DNA from: the human T2T-CHM13v2.0 reference genome, Homo sapiens
Length of the DNA: 64,000 nucleotides
NCBI RefSeq assembly: GCF_009914755.1
Contig: NC_060935.1
Strand: one strand, 5' to 3'
Positions 57,170 to 64,000 of the stretch are shown one piece after another. Made by a program: the position numbers and the translations under genes. The notes beneath the pieces were generated by a model, which was not told the origin of the DNA, did not search any database, and saw only the letters and a list, made by a program, of their open reading frames with translations. The first letter of the stretch is position 1. Every line of letters begins with the position of its first letter.

Positions 57170-58794
57170 TTCTATACAAGTTATCCTTTGTAGAAAGTCA
57201 TAAGCTGAATCAAACCATAGATTGTTAAATGGCTAATGATTATCATATCTGCCAACCTCTGTGCTAAGCCCTGTGCTCACAAAATCGGTACTTCTGCATC
57301 TGCTGTTTACAGGTGAAGGCCCTGAGAATTAGAAATGTCCTTTCACAGGACCTGAGTACCATGGCTATGAAAAGGCTTTATTTTCTGGTCCTTGAATCAA
57401 GTTATATAGTCTGAGAAAGGGTTTGGAGTCATCTTTTGGGAACAAGGAACACTTTTTTTTTTTTTTAGAACCCAAGGCAGGTCTGTCTGACCCCAAAGAG
57501 CTTGTGCTTGCCTGCTAGGCCACCGTGCCTATCATCTCAGCTTTGCTGGTTGCTGTACTCCTCAGTCACAGAGCCTTTCCCAGATCCCCACTCACTTGTT
57601 CACGTGTACCTAGGCCTTGCCTTGGGACCACCTGTGGTCTACAGGGCTTTGAGAAGATAGTAATGGCTAATTATCGCTGGCTGATTTTTCTGAGCTAGCT
57701 ACCTGCATTACCTCCTGTTCTCCTCCCAGCAACCCTGTAAGATGGATGCTGTTGTTGCTAACTTTCTGCAAACAATGGATCAGAGACCCACACAGATGTA
57801 GTTACTTGCTCTAGGCAGAGCTGGGCGTTGAGTCCTAGCAGGATGGTTCCAGTGTCCGCAGCATGGCCACCATACCACAGGCCTCCCTGCCTTCCCCATA
57901 CCCCCAGCACAGGCACCCAAGGATCCAGAGGACCTTGGAATTTTTCAAAATAATGTTAGTGTGTTGCGCTTCCAGGCTCCAATGGGCAGTGAAGAGCTTT
58001 GCCTGTCTGTCCACACACACCCTGGTCAGGAAGGTAGGGAAAGCAAGAAGATAGGAAGGAAATTCAGAAAATGGAGGAGGGAAAAGTGGGCCTGTGGAGG
58101 AGAAGAGGAAAGAGAACAAATGAGGGAAAGGGACAGGGAAGGAGACAAGCACTGATGACCTGGAATGAAGAAAAAGGAGTTAACAAAAAGGTAGCAGGGA
58201 CCAGGAGCAGGAGCTCAGATGCTAGGATGAGAGGGGGAGGAGGGAGCTGCATTGCTGAGCTATTTTTATGAACCTGAGAGCGGCTGATTTACATCTTTAG
58301 CGTCTCCTTGCATATTGAGGTCAGAAGGTCTCAACTCCTCATGTGAGAAGGAATAAAAATTCATTAGTATAGCCTTCTGGAAGGCTCTTCAAGCACACCG
58401 TGTCCGGTTCTTCCCATGTGGAGGAAAGGGAAGGGGAGGAGGAGAGCCAACTACCGTGCAGCAAGGGTATCTTGCAAGGGTATCTCTGGAACTCAAGTGT
58501 GTGCCAGAGGAGGCAGCACTGGACTCAGAGTTAATGTCAGCAGGACACCAGTGCCACCACCTCCTCACTACATCTCCCTGAGCAGGTCACTGAGCCTCTG
58601 AGGCCTCAGTTACCTCATCCACAAAAGGAAGGAAAGTGGGCTAGAGGCCTGAAAGGAGCCGAATCAAGTTAAGCAAATCGCTCCATGAATTAATTCATAG
58701 GACAAGCTCATATCTCAAAGATAGTTGGAGGAGAAAGTGATTAGCAAGGCATTTCAGATGCCTTGCCCTTTGTTCTGAACCTTTGGTTACACAA

Positions 58795-58921
58795 AGGGAG
58801 TAAGGGAGGAAAAGAGGAAAGGAGGAAAGGAAGGAAGAGGGGAAGGAAGGAAGGAAAGAGGGAGGGAAGGAAGGAAGGAAGGGAGGAAGGGAGGGACGGA
58901 GGAAAAGAGGAAGGGTGGGAA
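58795..58921 (+). repeat. (GGAA/GGGA)n low-complexity purine tract
   Basis: Read directly. Confidence 0.9.
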
Positions 58922-58959
58922 ACCGGGAAGCCTTCCCAAACTAACTTGTGCACTTGTCA

Positions 58960-59140
58960 CTTGCATTATCCTCAAGTTGTCCTATGAAGTAGGTACTCAT
59001 AAAATCCCCATTTACAGATGAGAAAACTGAGGTTTACTTGGTTAGGTTGCTTGCCCATACTCATGGTATTAGGAGAAGAGCTGTAATTTGAACCCAGTGC
59101 AATCTGAGACCATAGTTCACACTCCCAGCTATTACATTAT
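58960..59140 (-). mobile_element. MIR
   Basis: cctatgaagtaggtac...ccccatttacagatgagaaaactgagg...atttgaaccca. Confidence 0.8.
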
Positions 59141-59994
59141 ACCAACCAGACAAGCACATGAAGATGAGCAATGAAGGAGAGCTTGGGCACATGGAATGGG
59201 AACAGGAATGACAGAAATCTCTCATTAGCCACATCATCTCTCCCCACTCCCTGCATATCTGCCCCATTAGCCTGGAGCAGATCAGTTTTGGGGGTTACTT
59301 GAGGCTCCTCTGTACTCTCCAAAACCTTTGGTTTATACACAGTTTTGATGTATCATGGCAGGAACTCTGACCCCAATTCTATGTGAGCTCTCAGTTCAAG
59401 CTAACTGACTTAGTGCTGTGTCGCTGAGTTCCAATTCTCCAGAGACAGGATGCAATTTGCCCAGCCCAGCCTGTGGACTGGTTCTCCTTGGGTGGCCTTT
59501 CAGATGTCCACCCCTGGTTTGCCTACGTGTGGCCTGGAGGCACAAGGACAAGGTGTCCAAACAGCAGAATTAGAGGCCACGGGCATACCAGGAGGGATAG
59601 AAGAAACTGTGGCAGGGAGCACTGGGTGGCTTCTCCAGGGAGGTCACTCTTAAAGGCCTCTGCTCAGGGCTGCCTTTGCTAGAATGGGGGTCAGAGTGTC
59701 TGAGTTTAAGCGCAGCTGAAGAAGAGAATACACAGTGCAGACAGAAGAAGTTCAACAAAAGAATAAGTGACTGCCTACATGGGAAGACAGGAAGAGCCTT
59801 CAGGGTCCTTGTCATAAAATATCTCCTCTGCTCGCCTGCCTAGTGCCTGAAGATCTACCATTTGATATTCCTGCAGAACCTCATTCAGGTCCTTTAAGCT
59901 CCTTCCGTGTAAAAAGCATGAAGGTCAGCCATAGACATTTTGCTCTGATGACAGAATATCAAGGTTATTGGGTGATTGTGGGAGTATACATGAA

Positions 59995-60450
59995 GGTCAG
60001 AGCAGAAACTGATGGTTATCTCCCTGATATCTATTCTCCTTTTCTTCTATAAACAGACTTCTTATCTGGATGCGTGGCCACCCAGCTAACCATTATCTTT
60101 TCTAATCTTCCTTGCAGACTAGCTGTGGCCAAATGCTTGGATTGAGGCCAGTGAGTTATGAACAGAAGCCATGGGTCAGGCCTTAAAAGGGAAGAAGCAT
60201 GCTCTCACCTCCCCTTAGCTCCTGCTTGCTGGACAGAGCCCCGTGGTAGTGGGAGCTGAATCAGCATCTCAGCCACTAGATGGAATGTATATTTGGAGGA
60301 TAGCAAAGCAACAGGATAGAAAGAGTCAGCTGCCCAGGGCCACGGAGCCAGTGTGTCAGCCCTGGGCTGCCTGTGCTCATACTGTTACATGGGTGAGGCA
60401 TAAACTTCCTTATTATAAGCCAGGATTATTTGACTCTTGATGTAGCAATC
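59995..60450 (+). mobile_element. MLT1J-like LTR
   Basis: tggccacccagcta...tccttgcag...tgtggcca; gcaacaggatagaaagag; ataaacttccttattataagcc. Confidence 0.65.
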
Positions 60451-60709
60451 AATGTCTTTCCCCACCTCAGGTAACGGCGTCCCTGGTGCCCACTGCCATG
60501 CCATTTGATAAGCACAGCTTGGTGCCCTTCACAGAGAGGGAGGGGAGCACTCAGGCCAGGTAGCCAGATTTCAGCTCTGATCCCAGCTCAGAGCCACACC
60601 CCTTGAAGCCCTCTGCTACTTCTGCTGTGGAGGCTTTATTTTCTGGTCCTTGAATCAGGCTACATAGTCTGAGAAAGGGTTTGGAGGCATCTTTTGGGAA
60701 CAAGGAACA

Positions 60710-60999
60710 TTTTTTTTTTAAGAACTCTTTTACACTGTTGGTGGGAGTATAAATTAGTTCAACCATTGTGGAAGACAGTGTGACAATTCCTCAAGGTTCT
60801 AGAAGCAGAAATACCATTTGACCCAGCAATCCCATTACTGGGTATATACCCAAAGGATTATAAATCATTCTACTGTAAAGACACATGCACACATATGCTT
60901 ATTGCAGCACTATTTACAATAGCAAAGACTTGGAACCAACCCAAATGCCCATCAATGATAGACTGGATAAAGAAAATGTGGCGTATATATACCATGGAA
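60710..60999. mobile_element. L1PA (PA7/8-like) twin-primed insertion: antisense poly(A) plus inverted internal ORF2 piece
   Basis: T10 at 60710-60719, sense L1 ORF2 text 60720-60999, TSD ggaacaagga(a/g)catt at 60697 and 60996. Confidence 0.85.
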
Positions 61000-62334
61000 C
61001 AAGGAGCATTCTAAGGGATACAGCTTGGATGCTAAAACGTTGGTATTTCTGGGACATTTCAAACAAGTACGAGAACACTATCTACCTTAGATGCTGGGCT
61101 GCGCTCAAAAGCCCAGGCTGTTCAATGCTTTATTTAGGAGAAGCCTGCACTCCCCGCTGGCCTAACCTTTCTCTTGTCTCCTTCACTCCACTAACTCACA
61201 TATTTAGAGCATTTATCAGACCAAGAAGGTATTAAGTTACAACCTTTTTTGTAAATGAATCAAAGTAGAAAGTGGCTGCAGGGAGAGTCTAGGAATCCTA
61301 GGGTAGACTTTCCCCTGAGTTATCCAGTTCAGTCTTCAAAGACAGGTCCTCCAACCATCTCTACGCCCCCAGTCGTAGACTAAATATTTTAAAACCCAGG
61401 GAAGAAGTATCCACTTGCCCGGGGGTTAGACATACGCCCTCTCTTGGCTTTTCCTAAGACTGGGAAAGAAGTAACTGGTCCTCCTTGGCTTCCCTAGGAA
61501 TAGGAGGTGAGCACTGGGAATCATTTTCCCACCAAATCTCACAGATATAAAGGTAGTGTATTAATATTCCACTGAGATTTGGGGAAAGCAATGAATGCCA
61601 AACAGACAAGAAATGGAAAAGTGACCACTATATCTACCACACCCTCCCAAGAAATAAAAGTAAAATCAAATCAAACAAGAGAAGAGTGGGGCTCCAGAGA
61701 GAAACTCTGGAACCAAGGGAATTTCCTTTCCCGCTGAGATATTATAACCAGAGGCATAATTTGATTTTCTAGCAATGCCTGTGATTCAGAAAAGGAGGAG
61801 TCAACACTGTTAGGAACACAAGCTGTAGGGGAATATCATCCGGACATGACCTTATCAACATCCTCTGGAGGAAAGCTTTCAAAAGGGATGGTAGTAAATT
61901 CCCAGGTGTCACAGCTAAGGCAAGGAAAGGACTACCTAGGGAACAGGACTGGGTGCAATAGTCTGTTTTTTTACTATTTTCCCAGACTTCATACTCTCTG
62001 GCAAGATTCCATGGTGCCCCCTTCTTCCACCTGGATCCAAGACAATGTCTCTAGAAATGTAGTTTATCTCATTACACACCTGAATGCCACTCAGTTCTTG
62101 TAGCCGATAGAAGGGACCATGTTTCCTTCCATTACCATCTGGCCACCTGCTATGCTTCACAGTAATGCCTCCTAAAAATACTCTTCTCCAGGATCCCCTG
62201 TGAATTTAACAGAATGAAGAAAAAAATCAAAGTTAGTCTGCTCAGATTGGCTTTCCATCAACGGATACTTTTTTGATGTGCAATCGAGTAGGAAAGCAGA
62301 AGTCTTAGAGACAGACAGATTTGGATTAAAATAA

Positions 62335-62580
62335 TGACAATTTTTTATTATACCTAATATGTATTATTACCATGTGCTGGCCACTGTTTGATTCACTTTT
62401 TGTAGATTTCCTCATTTAATCTTCTCAATAACCCTCTGAATTAAGCAACATTATTATCCCCATTTTATAGATAAGAAAACTGAGACATAAGTGACTTGGC
62501 CAATATCATTCAGCAAGAAAACAGCAGAGTAGGTCTGACTCCACAACCAAGCGTGCAATCCCTCTGCAAAACCGCCTCTG
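62335..62580 (-). mobile_element. MIR
   Basis: ctcatttaatcttctcaataaccct...attatccccattttatagataagaaaactgag. Confidence 0.85.
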
Positions 62581-62914
62581 ATTAAATAGCTGTGCCTTCC
62601 CCATCTCTCAGATCCTTGGTTCAGACGGCCTTAGGCATGAAGCAACTCGACTGGCAGAAAAGGGAAGAAAGATACTTCTCGAGAGGACAAGGGGATGGGA
62701 AACACAGTCTGGACATCTTGAGGACAGTCAAATAACATGAAGCACATGAACAGATCTGGGAAGCCACTGGTATTCAGGGAGAGCCTATGAGGCAGCAGAG
62801 AGTCCCCCAAATGACACAGTCCCAGCATCATGGCTCCATGGCTCTGGGCACTAACAAGGGTCAGACAGAGTGGCAAGTTGTCAGAAATTCAGGAATGGCT
62901 GCAATCCCAGCATA

Positions 62915-63240
62915 AGTAGATAGGTAGATAGGTCACAGACAGATAGATACATCCATACATCCATACATCCATCCATACACACATACATAGATGATAAAGA
63001 CATAGACAGACTAGTGATAGATAAATAGATTAGTTAGATGGAACATAGATAATAGATGAGAGATTAGATAGGTGATAGATACATAGATAGATGGAAGATA
63101 GATAAGATAGATGATTGATAGATAATAGTAGATAATTGATAGATGATAGATAGAAGATAGTAGATAATAGATGAGAGAAATTAGATAAGTGATAGAGATA
63201 AATATATAGATAGATGGAAGATAGTAGATACATATAAATG
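62915..63240 (+). repeat. Degenerate (GATA)n / (CATC/CATA)n compound tetranucleotide repeat
   Basis: Read directly. Confidence 0.9.
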
Positions 63241-63835
63241 ATATTGGACCAGAATGATCTATCAGATGCTTAGCCACAGAGACAGAACAATCTATGTAAA
63301 GGTAGGCACATAGATGACATGGGCTGGTACAGTATTAAGTATTACCAGGCACTAGACACCTGGCAGACAGTGGGCTGAGGCAGCTGATACACTCGCTTAC
63401 CTGGTCAGATGGCCTCTAAACTTGGACTGGGCTGAACCTCCTGATGGGTGCATGGATGACTCCAGCCAACGAGCTTTAGATAATGTGAGATTCCACCTTC
63501 CTGCCCCTTCCCACTTCTGTGCATAGCATTGTGGGGATTCCAATCACTTCTCTGATCATATAGATCATCACTACTGTCATTATCAGCATTTATTGAGCTT
63601 TTATTTTCTAGCAGGCATGGTTTGAAATGCCTCACATCTGATTCCTCATTAAACTATCACAATGGGCATGTGCAGTCAAATGCCATTTTAGGGTCTTGGG
63701 TTGCAAATGGCAAACACATCACCTTCCTTCACTATCTATCTCTTTCCTTACCACAGCCTCCATAGAAGCCACTTTTCAGACAGAAAAGGTAAAAAAAAGT
63801 CTCAACCTCTTTGGACTTTAAGAAAGTGAGAAATA

Positions 63836-64000
63836 GGCCAGGCGCAGTGGCTCACGCCTGTAATCCCAGCAATTCGGGAGGCAAAGGTGAGTGAATCACC
63901 TGAGGTCAGGAGTTCGAGACCAGGCCTGGCCAATATGGCTAAACCCTGTCTCTACTCAAAATACAAAAAATTGGCCAGGTATGGTGGCACATGCCTGTAG
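63836..64000 (+). mobile_element. Alu (AluS), cut off by the window end
   Basis: ggccaggcgcagtggctcacgcctgtaatcccagc...atcacctgaggtcaggagttcgagacc. Confidence 0.95.

Overview
Primate (very likely human) non-coding genomic DNA, intergenic or deep intronic. It is CpG-depleted with no CpG island, and I found no credible protein-coding gene, rRNA, tRNA or CRISPR array. Much of the window is recognisable interspersed repeat: 14 Alu or Alu-monomer copies, many MIR and L2 relics, L1 fragments of several ages, MaLR/ERVL solo LTRs (MLT1, THE1, MER21) and DNA transposons (Tigger1, Tigger2a, MER20, MER5A, MER102, MER103, Charlie-type). The ORF track is explained by repeats or chance. I found no new gene system. 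The notable signals are structural: (1) a Tigger1 bounded by two left ends with a palindromic junction; (2) a minimal twin-primed L1 whose junction was later copied 3.3 kb away; (3) two apparent 5'UTR+ORF1-only L1s; (4) an orphan L1 5'UTR piece replacing part of an L2; (5) a four- or five-level nested transposon stack; (6) a (GAA)21(GAGGAA)9(GAA)18 tract and a ~270 bp purine tract in Alu tails; (7) a homotypic GATA cluster and a pseudoknot-like fold in unique DNA. Family names come from recalled consensus sequences, not a database search. Boundaries of old repeats are approximate.
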